Of a DNA stretch of 64,000 bases, positions 28,569-37,386 are shown in pieces. The stretch comes from Myxococcota bacterium (GTDB lineage Bacteria > Myxococcota_A > UBA9160 > UBA6930): the NCBI GenBank assembly GCA_965223415.1, contig OZ245002.1:1632001-1696000 (forward strand), given 5' to 3'. The position numbers and the translations under genes were made by a program. Below the pieces are notes generated by a model. The model had not been told where the DNA came from. It did no database searches and saw only the letters and a list, made by a program, of their open reading frames with translations. Position 1 is the stretch's first letter. The number at the start of each line of letters is the position of its first letter.

Positions 28569-29963
28569 CTACGCGCGCAGTCCGCTCCGATGGCGGGCCA
28601 GGTAGCTCGCCGTGAGCGCCTCGATCTCCTGGATGCCCAGCTCCCGCGCGTAGGCCAGCAGGAACCCCCGGAGATAGGGCTCGGGAGGAAGCGATGCGAA
28701 GCGCTCGCGCTCGATATCGCCGAGGCCGTGGATACACGTGCGCTCGGTCATCTCGCGCAGCGTCAGGCCGAGCCGTCTGCGACACCGGCGCAGGTAGGCG
28801 CCCGGTCGCTCGAGATCGAGAGCGGGCAGCGAGGGGGACGGCGGGGGCGTTGCCGGAGGCGCCACCTGGGTGCGCCGCCCCGTCCGGGTGGGCTCCGCTC
28901 GGCGCGACGCGAGGGAACCGCCGGGCTCCGCTCCGCGCGACGCGTGGGAACCGCCGGGCTCCGCTCCGCGCGACGCGTGGGAACCGCCGGGCTCCGGCGT
29001 CTCCCACTCCTCGCGGAGGAGACGCCCCGCAAGCGCGTCGATCTGGCGCGCGAAGGCGCTCCGCGCGAACAGCTGGGGTGCGGGTCTCCTCCGCGCGACG
29101 GCCTCCCGCACGTGGGGGTCGGCATCGATGTGGCCCGCGTAGTCGATCGCTACGCCCAGACGCTCCCAGCAGCGCGCGGCGAGTGCCGGTCCGACCTGCC
29201 GGTCCTCGAGATCCCGGGCCTGGTTGACCAGCAGGAGCGGTGCGAAGGCCTCGGCCTGCTCCGCCAGCAGCTTGGCCGCAAGCGGGTCGATCCGCCGGAC
29301 CCCTGCGATCAGGTCCCAGGTCGAGCCCACGCGACGCAGCGAGCCGTCCTCGTTGGCCCGAAGAATGGCGGCGCGCACCTCCGGACGGCGCGTCACCACC
29401 CGCAGCGAGCGGTAGAAGGCGGCCCGGATGAAGTGCTGCGCATTCTCGATCGCCGTGGGCTCGGACGTCACCACGACCAATCCGCGCCGTGCGACCAGGA
29501 ACGCGTCGAGCACGTTGAACGCGCTCCCGGCGCCGAGGTCGATCACCACCTCCTCCACGTCCAGGCCCCTCACGTGCCGGAGAAACTTCTCCTTCTGGCA
29601 GTGCTTCGGGTTCGCCATGTCGAGGAGCGCGCGGCTGGCGCTCACCAGGGAGAGGTGAGGGACGGATGTCGGCACCAGCAGCTCCGCAAGCGCTTTGACC
29701 TCTCCGCTCAGGAAGTGCGAGAGCGTCCACCGGGGCGCCGGGACCCCGAGCATGGTGTGCAGGTTCGCACCACCGAGATCCGCGTCGATCAGGGCACAGC
29801 GGCGCCCGCTCGCGGCCATCGCGCAGGCGAGGCTGGAGGCGACGAGGGACTTCCCAACGCCCCCCTTGCCGGCCCCGACGGCCCAGATTCGGGCTGCTCC
29901 GTCCAGCCTCGGCGCCGGAGCGGCCGGTTCCGTGAGCGTTCTCCGTTGTCCCCGTCGGTTCAT
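28569..29963 (-). CDS. MinD/FlhG-like P-loop ATPase fused to a C-terminal RodZ-like HTH
   Basis: Deviant Walker A GKGGVGKS, IDADLGGANLH, IDLGAG, EPTAIEN; C-terminal GAYLRR.R...GLTL...IE...F..LP...YLRGFL..YAR.LG. Confidence 0.88.
   Translation of the reverse strand: MNRRGQRRTLTEPAAPAPRLDGAARIWAVGAGKGGVGKSLVASSLACAMAASGRRCALIDADLGGANLHTMLGVPAPRWTLSHFLSGEVKALAELLVPTSVPHLSLVSASRALLDMANPKHCQKEKFLRHVRGLDVEEVVIDLGAGSAFNVLDAFLVARRGLVVVTSEPTAIENAQHFIRAAFYRSLRVVTRRPEVRAAILRANEDGSLRRVGSTWDLIAGVRRIDPLAAKLLAEQAEAFAPLLLVNQARDLEDRQVGPALAARCWERLGVAIDYAGHIDADPHVREAVARRRPAPQLFARSAFARQIDALAGRLLREEWETPEPGGSHASRGAEPGGSHASRGAEPGGSLASRRAEPTRTGRRTQVAPPATPPPSPSLPALDLERPGAYLRRCRRRLGLTLREMTERTCIHGLGDIERERFASLPPEPYLRGFLLAYARELGIQEIEALTASYLARHRSGLRA
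28890..28996. repeat. In-frame 33-bp tandem repeat, about 3.2 copies (EPGGSHASRGA)
   Basis: Unit GGGCTCCGCTCCGCGCGACGCGTGGGAACCGCC at 28890, 28923 and 28956; copies 2 and 3 identical. Confidence 0.95.
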
Positions 29964-30192
29964 CCAGCCCCTCCCCCGAAGCGAGCGGCACGACCTCCTT
30001 CTGCTCGACATCTTCCGGGCCGCCGCGCGTGAGCCCACTCACACGCCCGCCGCCCGCCTCCTCCCCAGGCAGCCCGTGCGCAGGTTTCCCAGGCCTGTGC
30101 GCCCGAAGCGAGCACCAAAGCGGCGCCCCCGCCTGCGAAGGCGGCCGCGACGGCCCCGAGATGGGTTGAATTCGCCCCGCTTCCCTTCGCAG

Positions 30193-30220
30193 TCAACGGG
30201 TGGGCGCGATCGACCGATAG
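30193..30220 (+). promoter_or_regulatory. Possible sigma28-like promoter
   Basis: TCAA-N16-ACCGATAG, 38 nt upstream of ATG 30259. Confidence 0.3.
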
Positions 30221-30258
30221 GGACGAACCACCCGGCCAGCGGTGACACCCGGGGAACC

Positions 30259-32406
30259 ATGCAACTCCAGAAGTTCCGCGTCAGCAATTTCCGCAACATC
30301 CACGACAGCGGGTGGGTCGAGCTGGCTCGCACGACGGCTCTCGTCGGCCGCAACGAGAGCGGGAAGACGAACCTCCTGAGCGCACTGATGGCGCTCGTGC
30401 ACGACGAGGACACGTCGCCCTTCGATCGAGCGCGCGACTTTCCGGCGGACCGGATGCGGAAGGAGTACCGGGGCGATCTGACGGTCCTGCGCACGTGCTG
30501 GCAGCTCACGCCCGAGGAACGCTCGGAGCTCGCCGCCCTGCTCCGGGACGACGAGAGCCCCGGGACGGTCGAGGTGGAGCTCCGCTTCGAGGGTCCGCCG
30601 CTCGTGCACTTCGGTGATGCGTCGTCCGGCCGCCGCGACGAGTGTGATGTGGATGCGAGAGCGGAAGGAGACACGCCCGATGCCACGAGCGCCTTCCCGG
30701 GGCTCGAGGTTCCCCGCGTTCACGACCCCGCGGCTGCAGCCCAGTGGGTCCTGGATCGCCTGCCCTGCATCCTCCACGCTGACCAGGCGCCCGACATCGA
30801 CGGCCGCATGGATCTGCGCGGCTTCGCGCGTCGGCGCCGCGAGGGCGAGCCCGCGCCCGGCGATCTCCAGTTCGCGCTGCTGCTCGACGTCGCCGGGATC
30901 GAGGACGAACAGCTCGACGAGATCCTGGAGACCGATGTCGAGGCGCGCCGCCAGCTCATGGCCCAGGCCGGCGCCACCGTGACGCGGGCGATTCGCGAGA
31001 TCTGGACGGATCGACCGCTCAAGGTGCGCTTCCATCTGGATGGCGATCAACTGAACACCCTGGTCTGCGACCCGACCGCCCTCGCCGACGTGGAGGTCAA
31101 CCTGAATCAGCGCAGCTGCGGCTTTCGCTGGTTCTTCGCGTTCTTCGTGATCCTGAAGGCCTCCCAGAAGGCGGCCGACGATCGCGGCATCCTGCTCATC
31201 CTCGACGAGCCCGGACGTCACCTGCACCCCGTGGGTCAGCTCGACTTGATCCGCTTCCTGACCGCGCTCGACGCTCCGTCGCTCATCACGACACAGTCGC
31301 CGGCCTTCCTCCCCTCGGGCGCCGGCTCGACGATCCTGTCCGTCCTTCACGATCCGCAGACCGGAACGAACGTGTCGACCGGGGCCATCGATCTCCACGC
31401 GATCCCGGGGGTGGTCACCGCCGCGGCTCCCGACGTCGCCGAACCCGTTGCGGAGCCGATCGTGTTGCCCGCCGCGGCCGAGCGTCCTGTTCGCGAATCG
31501 GAAGAGCCGGCCGACTCGGAGCCGACTCCGATCGACGAGGGCGGTGAGCTTCTCGGAGACGCCGCCGGGGAACCGGTCGCGGAGGCCGAAGGAGCCAAGC
31601 CCGCCTCACTCGAGATCGCGAACGAGCCGGACGATGCCCCGCCCGCCGCCGGTCCGGAGAACCTCGAAGCTCCCGAGTCCGCCACCGCAGTCGAGGCGCC
31701 CGCCGTCCAGGTCCTGTCCCTCGACGACGCCGGCGCGCGCATGGTGTCCGGGCTGGTCGGCGACGGCCCGGCCCTGCTCGTCGAGCACCTCTCGGACTTC
31801 TGGTACCTGCGCTCCATCTCCGAACACCGGAAGGCACTCGGCCACACCGGACTCCCGAATCGGATCGTTCCGGTGCCGGCTGGCGGCGCGGCCTACCTCG
31901 GACTGCTCGCGCGCCTCACCCGCCAGGGCAGACACGAGGCGGTCGTCGTGCTCGGCAGCCGACCGCCCGCGGAGATGAGCGCCGCGCTCGGCCCCCTGTC
32001 GGAGGACGTCGCGACCGCGTACGTCTTCATCGGCAGCGCCCATGAGTCCGAACCGGCCAGACGCTTCGATCTCGAGGACTTGGTCGATCCTGCGGTCTTC
32101 GAGCGTTTCGTCGAGGTGGCCTACCGCAAGCGCATCAAGGGCGAGAAGCTCCGCTTCGACCGCTCGATCCCGAACCACGTCGACCGCTGCGAGCGGGCCC
32201 TCGAGGACCTGGGCGTGAGCTTCTCTCGGGATCGCCTCGCGAAGCTGATCGTGAACGGCGGCGAGCGCCGCACCCTCCGAACCATGCTGTCGGGCGGGGC
32301 CGACGACCGTTTCGAGCTGCTCTTCGAACGGATCCAACAGGCATTCGAGAGCGCGGCCGATATCCGCGTGGACGTGGAAGTCGACCAGGAGAAAGCCCTC
32401 TACTGA
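30259..32406 (+). CDS. OLD-family-like ABC ATPase with C-terminal degenerate TOPRIM domain
   Basis: FRVSNFRNI, Walker A GRNESGKT, RSCGFRWF, Walker B LILDEPG.HLHP, LLVEHLSD, PAGG, LEDL. Confidence 0.8.
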   Translation: MQLQKFRVSNFRNIHDSGWVELARTTALVGRNESGKTNLLSALMALVHDEDTSPFDRARDFPADRMRKEYRGDLTVLRTCWQLTPEERSELAALLRDDESPGTVEVELRFEGPPLVHFGDASSGRRDECDVDARAEGDTPDATSAFPGLEVPRVHDPAAAAQWVLDRLPCILHADQAPDIDGRMDLRGFARRRREGEPAPGDLQFALLLDVAGIEDEQLDEILETDVEARRQLMAQAGATVTRAIREIWTDRPLKVRFHLDGDQLNTLVCDPTALADVEVNLNQRSCGFRWFFAFFVILKASQKAADDRGILLILDEPGRHLHPVGQLDLIRFLTALDAPSLITTQSPAFLPSGAGSTILSVLHDPQTGTNVSTGAIDLHAIPGVVTAAAPDVAEPVAEPIVLPAAAERPVRESEEPADSEPTPIDEGGELLGDAAGEPVAEAEGAKPASLEIANEPDDAPPAAGPENLEAPESATAVEAPAVQVLSLDDAGARMVSGLVGDGPALLVEHLSDFWYLRSISEHRKALGHTGLPNRIVPVPAGGAAYLGLLARLTRQGRHEAVVVLGSRPPAEMSAALGPLSEDVATAYVFIGSAHESEPARRFDLEDLVDPAVFERFVEVAYRKRIKGEKLRFDRSIPNHVDRCERALEDLGVSFSRDRLAKLIVNGGERRTLRTMLSGGADDRFELLFERIQQAFESAADIRVDVEVDQEKALY

Positions 32407-32454
32407 GCCGCGGACTCGCTCGGCTCGGCGCTGCTCGTGATCGGGGAATCGACG

Positions 32455-34032
32455 CTAGGAATCCGCCCCCGCCCCGAGCTTCGCCTCCAAGCTCTCGACG
32501 AGCCGATCCAGGGAGTGCTCCTCGTCGGCCACGCCGAACACGTAGCGATCGGGACGTACCACGGCGGCGCCGGCGGACTCGAAGAGGGCGTCGAAGCGGC
32601 CGTGGCTGGGCTCGAGCTCGTCCAGAAGGATCGTGGGCGCGCCGAGCCTCGACAGGAAGGTGCGGCTCGCCTCCGATAGGACGAGCTCCGAGGCGCCCCG
32701 GGCGACGACGGCGAAGCCCTGGCCGAGGAGCTCGTCGAGCATCGCCTCCCCGTCGGCGGCCCGCACCGTGGGCTGGGCGAAGAGGTGGCCGGCGGGCTTG
32801 CCGTCGCCGACCTGCTCCTCGATCACGACGCCTCCGCGAAGGGGCGGAGCCGTTCGCCCCTGGCCGTAGCCGGAGCGACGCAGCTCCTCCGAGGGCGCTT
32901 GGGCCTCGTCGCCGGCCTCGGCGGCGGCGAAGGCCTCCATGAGCTGGCCCACGGCCACCGCCCACTCCACTAGGTCCCGGGCGTGGCCGTCCCGCTCGGC
33001 GGCGTAGGTATCGAGGAGGCTGTCGTCGCACTTTCCGTCGAGCACGAGCTGGAGCTTCCAGCCCAGGTTGATGACGTCGCGGAAGCCGGCGTTCAGGCCC
33101 TGGCCCAGGAAGGGAGGCGTCTGGTGGGCGGCGTCGCCGGCGAGGAAGATGCGGCCCTCCCGCCAACGCTCAGCCGTGGCCGCATGGAACTGGTAGACGG
33201 CTACGCGGCGCAGTGCATAGTGCTCGGCGGGCAGCCAATCGTCGAGGAGTGCGCGCACCTGTTCGGGCTGCACCATCTCTTCCCTGGATTCGTCCGGGAG
33301 GAGCTGGAACTCCCAGCGCCGGTTCGGGTCCTTCGCACAGATGTAGGTCGTGATGCGCGCGGGGTCGCAGACCTGCATCGAGAGCAGGGGCAGCTCCGCC
33401 TCGGGCTTCGTGGTGATGTCGACGACCAGCCAGTCCTGGTCGTAGCCGAGGCTCTGCCAGCCGATGCCGAGGGAGCTGCGCACGAAGCTCGAGGCTCCGT
33501 CGCAGCCGATCAGGTAGGACGCCGAGAGCTCGGTGCTCGATCCGGCGGCGAGATCGGTCGCCGTGAGGACGACCCGATCTTCTCCCTGCTCGAGCTTCGT
33601 GACCTCGTGGCCGAGGAACACTTCGATGCGATCGCTCTCCGCGATCATCTCCCGGAGCACGCCCTCGAACTCGGGCTGATCGAAGAACGCGGCGTCCCGC
33701 CAGCCGTTGACGCACACGGCGGGCAGCTCCATGCCGAAGAGCGGCTGGCGCTTCGAGTCGGTGAAGGCGACGGCGTCCGGGTTCCGGGGAGGCTGGAGGA
33801 CGGCGTTCACGCGATCGGCGAGGCCGATCCGCTGGAATGCGCGAACCACCTCGCCGTCGAGGAGCACGGCGCGCGGGATGTCCATTGCCTCGGTGGTCTT
33901 CTCGACCACGGCCACGCGGAGCCCTTCGTGGGCCAGCAGCAGGGCGGCTCCGGCGCCGATCGGGCCGTAGCCCACGATCGCGACGTCGAAGCGGGGACCT
34001 GCGGATCGGGTGCGCACGTCGTTGGCAGCCAT
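32455..34032 (-). CDS. FAD-dependent aromatic hydroxylase (MhpA-like)
   Basis: VGYGPIG, PRAV.LDGE, GCDGASS, RRWEF, LAGDAAHQTPPFLGQGLNAG.RD, VRPDRYV. Confidence 0.92.
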   Translation of the reverse strand: MAANDVRTRSAGPRFDVAIVGYGPIGAGAALLLAHEGLRVAVVEKTTEAMDIPRAVLLDGEVVRAFQRIGLADRVNAVLQPPRNPDAVAFTDSKRQPLFGMELPAVCVNGWRDAAFFDQPEFEGVLREMIAESDRIEVFLGHEVTKLEQGEDRVVLTATDLAAGSSTELSASYLIGCDGASSFVRSSLGIGWQSLGYDQDWLVVDITTKPEAELPLLSMQVCDPARITTYICAKDPNRRWEFQLLPDESREEMVQPEQVRALLDDWLPAEHYALRRVAVYQFHAATAERWREGRIFLAGDAAHQTPPFLGQGLNAGFRDVINLGWKLQLVLDGKCDDSLLDTYAAERDGHARDLVEWAVAVGQLMEAFAAAEAGDEAQAPSEELRRSGYGQGRTAPPLRGGVVIEEQVGDGKPAGHLFAQPTVRAADGEAMLDELLGQGFAVVARGASELVLSEASRTFLSRLGAPTILLDELEPSHGRFDALFESAGAAVVRPDRYVFGVADEEHSLDRLVESLEAKLGAGADS

Positions 34033-34058
34033 GTCGGCTCTCCTTGGAATCGGGGGAA

Positions 34059-34709
34059 TCAGGACCGTTCGGTTCCGGGCGGATCCAGACGCACGAGCTC
34101 CTCGCCGACGATGGCGGACGCCTCGTCGGCGGGAACGCCGAGCTGACGCAGCGCGAGGGCAGCGAAGGACGCGTCGGCCTCCGGAGGCAGGCGGCCTTCG
34201 AGACGGCTGCGCAGCAGCGCTTCGATGCCGCCGGCGATCATCGTCATGGCGACGGCCGGGGCATCGCAATGGAAGCGACCGGACTCGATCCCCCGGCGGA
34301 CGTCGCGGCGCCCGTAGCGAGCCAGGCCGACCTCTCCGAGGGCGACCACCTCGCCGGCTCGCAAGGTGAACCAGCCGAGGATCGGATCCTCCACGCAGGT
34401 GCGGAGCGTGTGTCGCAGGCAGACGGCGAGCACCCGGGCGGGGTCGTCGCGCATCGGCTCGGTGAGCCGGTCGAGGGCCCGACCGAGATCGGCCAGCGTC
34501 TCCTGGGCGACGGCCCGGAGGATCGCGTCCTTCGACTCGAAGTGGTTGTAGAAGCTGCCCTTGGCCACGTCGGCGGCCTCGGTGATGTCCTGGATGGTGG
34601 TCGCGTCCGCACCCTGGGCGGCGAACACCTCGCGGGCCGCGACGAGCAGGGCCGCGCGGGTGCGAAGGCGCCCGCGCTGGGCACGGCTGGCGGGGCGGGC
34701 TTCCGGCAT
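34059..34709 (-). CDS. TetR family transcriptional regulator
   Basis: TTIQDITEAADVAKGSFYNHFESK. Confidence 0.92.
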   Translation of the reverse strand: MPEARPASRAQRGRLRTRAALLVAAREVFAAQGADATTIQDITEAADVAKGSFYNHFESKDAILRAVAQETLADLGRALDRLTEPMRDDPARVLAVCLRHTLRTCVEDPILGWFTLRAGEVVALGEVGLARYGRRDVRRGIESGRFHCDAPAVAMTMIAGGIEALLRSRLEGRLPPEADASFAALALRQLGVPADEASAIVGEELVRLDPPGTERS

Positions 34710-34726
34710 GGATGGATGGATACCCC

Positions 34727-34792
34727 GAAATGACCGTATCGTCAACTATGACTATCTGGTCATTTCCCGAAATTCCTGATACGGTCTGGTCA
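34727..34792. promoter_or_regulatory. TGAC-N6-GTCA operator candidates between divergent TetR and VOC genes
   Basis: TGACcgtatcGTCA (34731-34744), TGACtatctgGTCA (34749-34762), partial third site at 34779-34792; outer inverted repeat GAAATGACC/GGTCATTTC. Confidence 0.65.
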
Positions 34793-34809
34793 TCACCCAA
34801 GGAGGAACC

Positions 34810-35379
34810 ATGCCCATCGGATCCCAGACCTCTCCGTCCCCCCGGCTCACCCTCGGCCACTCCACCATCGCCGCCCGCGACCTGGACGCCCAGATCGCCT
34901 TCTACCGCGACGTGCTGGGCTTCCACGTCACCAATCGCGGCCCGGCCGGACCGGGCGGCGAAGCCGAGCTGGCCTTCCTGAGCCAGGACCCTTCCGTCCA
35001 CCACCAGATCGCCATGGTGTCCGGGGTGCCGGTGCCCGATCGCTCGTTCCACATGGTCGACCACCTGGCCTTCCGGACCGGGAACCTCGACGACCTGCGT
35101 TGCCTGCGCGCGGCCCTGCTCGAGGCCGGGGTCGAGATCACGCCGATCTGCCACGGAAACGCCTGGTCGCTCTACTTCAACGACCCGGAAGGCAACGGGG
35201 TCGAGTGCTACGTCGATTCGCCGTTCCACGTGGCCCAGCCTGCCGCCAAGCCCTTCGACCTCGACCAGAGCGACGACGAGATCGAGCGGGCGACCCGCGA
35301 GCAGTTCGAGGCCGAGCCCGAGTTCCGCCCGATGGCCGAGTGGCAGGAGGAGTTCACCAAGCGCCTCGACCGGGCCTGA
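34810..35379 (+). CDS. VOC/glyoxalase family protein
   Basis: LGH, FYRDVLGF, HHQIA, DHLAF, HGNAWSLYFNDPEGNGVE; AAGGAGG RBS. Confidence 0.9.
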   Translation: MPIGSQTSPSPRLTLGHSTIAARDLDAQIAFYRDVLGFHVTNRGPAGPGGEAELAFLSQDPSVHHQIAMVSGVPVPDRSFHMVDHLAFRTGNLDDLRCLRAALLEAGVEITPICHGNAWSLYFNDPEGNGVECYVDSPFHVAQPAAKPFDLDQSDDEIERATREQFEAEPEFRPMAEWQEEFTKRLDRA

Positions 35380-35727
35380 GCGCGCCAGCCCCGGGGCGAT
35401 TCGGGCTCGCGGCGGGGCGCCTTGTCGCAGCCGGCGCCGTGGAGAACAACTCGTCTCCCGACACGCGGCATGTCGCTTGCGCTCTCCGCTCTCGCGGAGG
35501 AAGCCGCCGTTCCTCGGCGCAGCCCCGACCCCCTTCGGGGGAGCCGAAGACGATCGCCTGGTGGCGGCCCACCGGCTGGGCGACGGAAGCAGACTGCGCG
35601 CTCGCCACGGCCTTCCTCGTCGCGGGCCTCGTCCTGCTCGCATCATCAAGCTCGGCCAGTGGCAGGCGGAGGCGTTCCAGGCGCAGGAGCTGCGAGATCA
35701 AGCCGCCGGAGCTCGGGGTAGGGCCTG

Positions 35728-36456
35728 TCAGTCGCCTGTGCCCTGCCAGCGCGAGACCAGCACGCCGTCCTCGATGTCGTTGTACTCGAGGTGAGCCTCG
35801 ACGTAGCGGCTCTCGAAGTCGCTCCGTCCCTGCATCCAGCCCACGTAGGGGTTCTCTCCGAAGAACGGGCCGACGTTGTCGGCCAGGATCACGGCACCCG
35901 GGCGGAGGAGCCCGCGCGCCAGCAGCTCCTCGGCGTCGCGCTGATAGAGGCCCTTCCAGTGGTCGAGGAGAACGAGGTCGAAGGGCTCCTTCAGCGTGCC
36001 GATCCTCTCCGTGGAGGGACCGGTGACGAACTCCACCCGATCCGCCAGCCCGGCCAGCTCCGCCATCTCGCGGGACACGCGGGAGGAGGTCTCGCTCACG
36101 TCGATGGAGACGAGCCGCCCGCCGGGGCCGAGGCTGCGCGCGACGAGGATCGCCGAGTAGCCCACGAAGCTCCCGAGCTCGAGCACCCGGGCGTCGGGGC
36201 CGGCGGCGCGAACCGCGTCTTCGAGCAGGGGGCCCTTCTCGTCGCCGATGTTCATCAGGAAGCGCTTCTGGGCGGCGAAATGATCGAGGGCCGCGAGCAC
36301 GGAGGCGGGGTCGGAGGGCGTGGCGTTCTGCCTCGCGTAGGCCAACGCGGCATCGTGAACGCCCGGCTCGCGGCGCAGCCAGGCCAGGGCGAACCGGCCG
36401 CCTTCCCGAAGAACCCAGGGGATCGCCCGGATGCGGGTCCGCAAGACACTCGACAC
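35728..36456 (-). CDS. Catechol-O-methyltransferase-like SAM methyltransferase
   Basis: LMNIGDEKG, VLELGSFVGYS, LDHWK..Y, ADNV. Confidence 0.88.
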   Translation of the reverse strand: MSSVLRTRIRAIPWVLREGGRFALAWLRREPGVHDAALAYARQNATPSDPASVLAALDHFAAQKRFLMNIGDEKGPLLEDAVRAAGPDARVLELGSFVGYSAILVARSLGPGGRLVSIDVSETSSRVSREMAELAGLADRVEFVTGPSTERIGTLKEPFDLVLLDHWKGLYQRDAEELLARGLLRPGAVILADNVGPFFGENPYVGWMQGRSDFESRYVEAHLEYNDIEDGVLVSRWQGTGD

Positions 36457-36515
36457 GGGAGGAGACTACGCCGCCGGGGCCGGCGGCGCCCACGAGCCTG
36501 TGAGAAGATGGGGAC

Positions 36516-37358
36516 ATGCAGGACGCACGGGGTCGCAAGATCGCCTTCATCACCGGCGCCGCCAGCGGGATCGGACGGGCGACCGCGGAGCTCCTCGCCG
36601 AGAAGGGCTGGTGGGTCGGCGCTGCCGATCGCAACGCCGCCGGTCTCGACGTCCTCCGCGACAGCCTCGGTGAGGCGCAGTGCCGGCCCTTTCCCCTGGA
36701 CGTCACCGACAAGGCCGCCTACGACGCCGTGATCTCCGAGCTGGCGGGGGAAACGGAGGGGCGCCTGGACCTCCTGTTCAACAACGCGGGCATCGGCGTG
36801 GCAGGCTTCTTCGAGGAGATTCCCGTCGAGGAGAGCCTGCGGGTGATCGACGTGAACCTCGTCGGCGTAATCCACGGCATCTATGCCGCGCTTCCGCTGC
36901 TCAAGGCCACGCCGAACAGCCTGTGCTTCACCACGTCGTCCTCGGCCGCCACCTACGGCGCGCCCCACCTCGCGGTGTACACCGCCACCAAGTTCGCCGT
37001 GAAGGGGCTGACCGAGGCGTTGGCGGTGGAGCTCTCGCGCTGCGGAGTGCGGGTGGCCGACGTCCTGCCGGGCGTCATCGACACGGCGATCTTCGGCGAC
37101 TCCCCGGTCTACGTGAAGGGCGAGCGGCAGTCGGGTCTGGACCAGACCATCGCCTCCCAGGCGAGCACGAAAGGGCCGTTCCGACTGGTGCCGCCGAGCC
37201 TCGTCGCCGAGGCGGTCTGGCGCTGCTACGAGGGCGACCCGCGCATGCACTGGTACGTGCCCGAAGAGATCGAGGAGATCGACAAGGCCAAGGCGGAGGC
37301 TCCCGAGGCCTTGCGCGACGCCCGCATCGCCCAGCTGAAGGGGAGCCTGAGCGGCTGA
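36516..37358 (+). CDS. SDR oxidoreductase
   Basis: TGAASGIG, NNAG, YTATK. Confidence 0.92.
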   Translation: MQDARGRKIAFITGAASGIGRATAELLAEKGWWVGAADRNAAGLDVLRDSLGEAQCRPFPLDVTDKAAYDAVISELAGETEGRLDLLFNNAGIGVAGFFEEIPVEESLRVIDVNLVGVIHGIYAALPLLKATPNSLCFTTSSSAATYGAPHLAVYTATKFAVKGLTEALAVELSRCGVRVADVLPGVIDTAIFGDSPVYVKGERQSGLDQTIASQASTKGPFRLVPPSLVAEAVWRCYEGDPRMHWYVPEEIEEIDKAKAEAPEALRDARIAQLKGSLSG

Positions 37359-37386
37359 TCCCGCCGATGGCACTCGAGGAGAGATC

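Noticed and set aside
28890..28996. 33-bp repeat as a CRISPR array or mobile element end
   Set aside because: Head-to-tail, in frame within a CDS, no spacers
30259..32406. Gabija or other complete OLD-based defence system
   Set aside because: No UvrD helicase or other partner gene, and the catalytic motifs look degenerate
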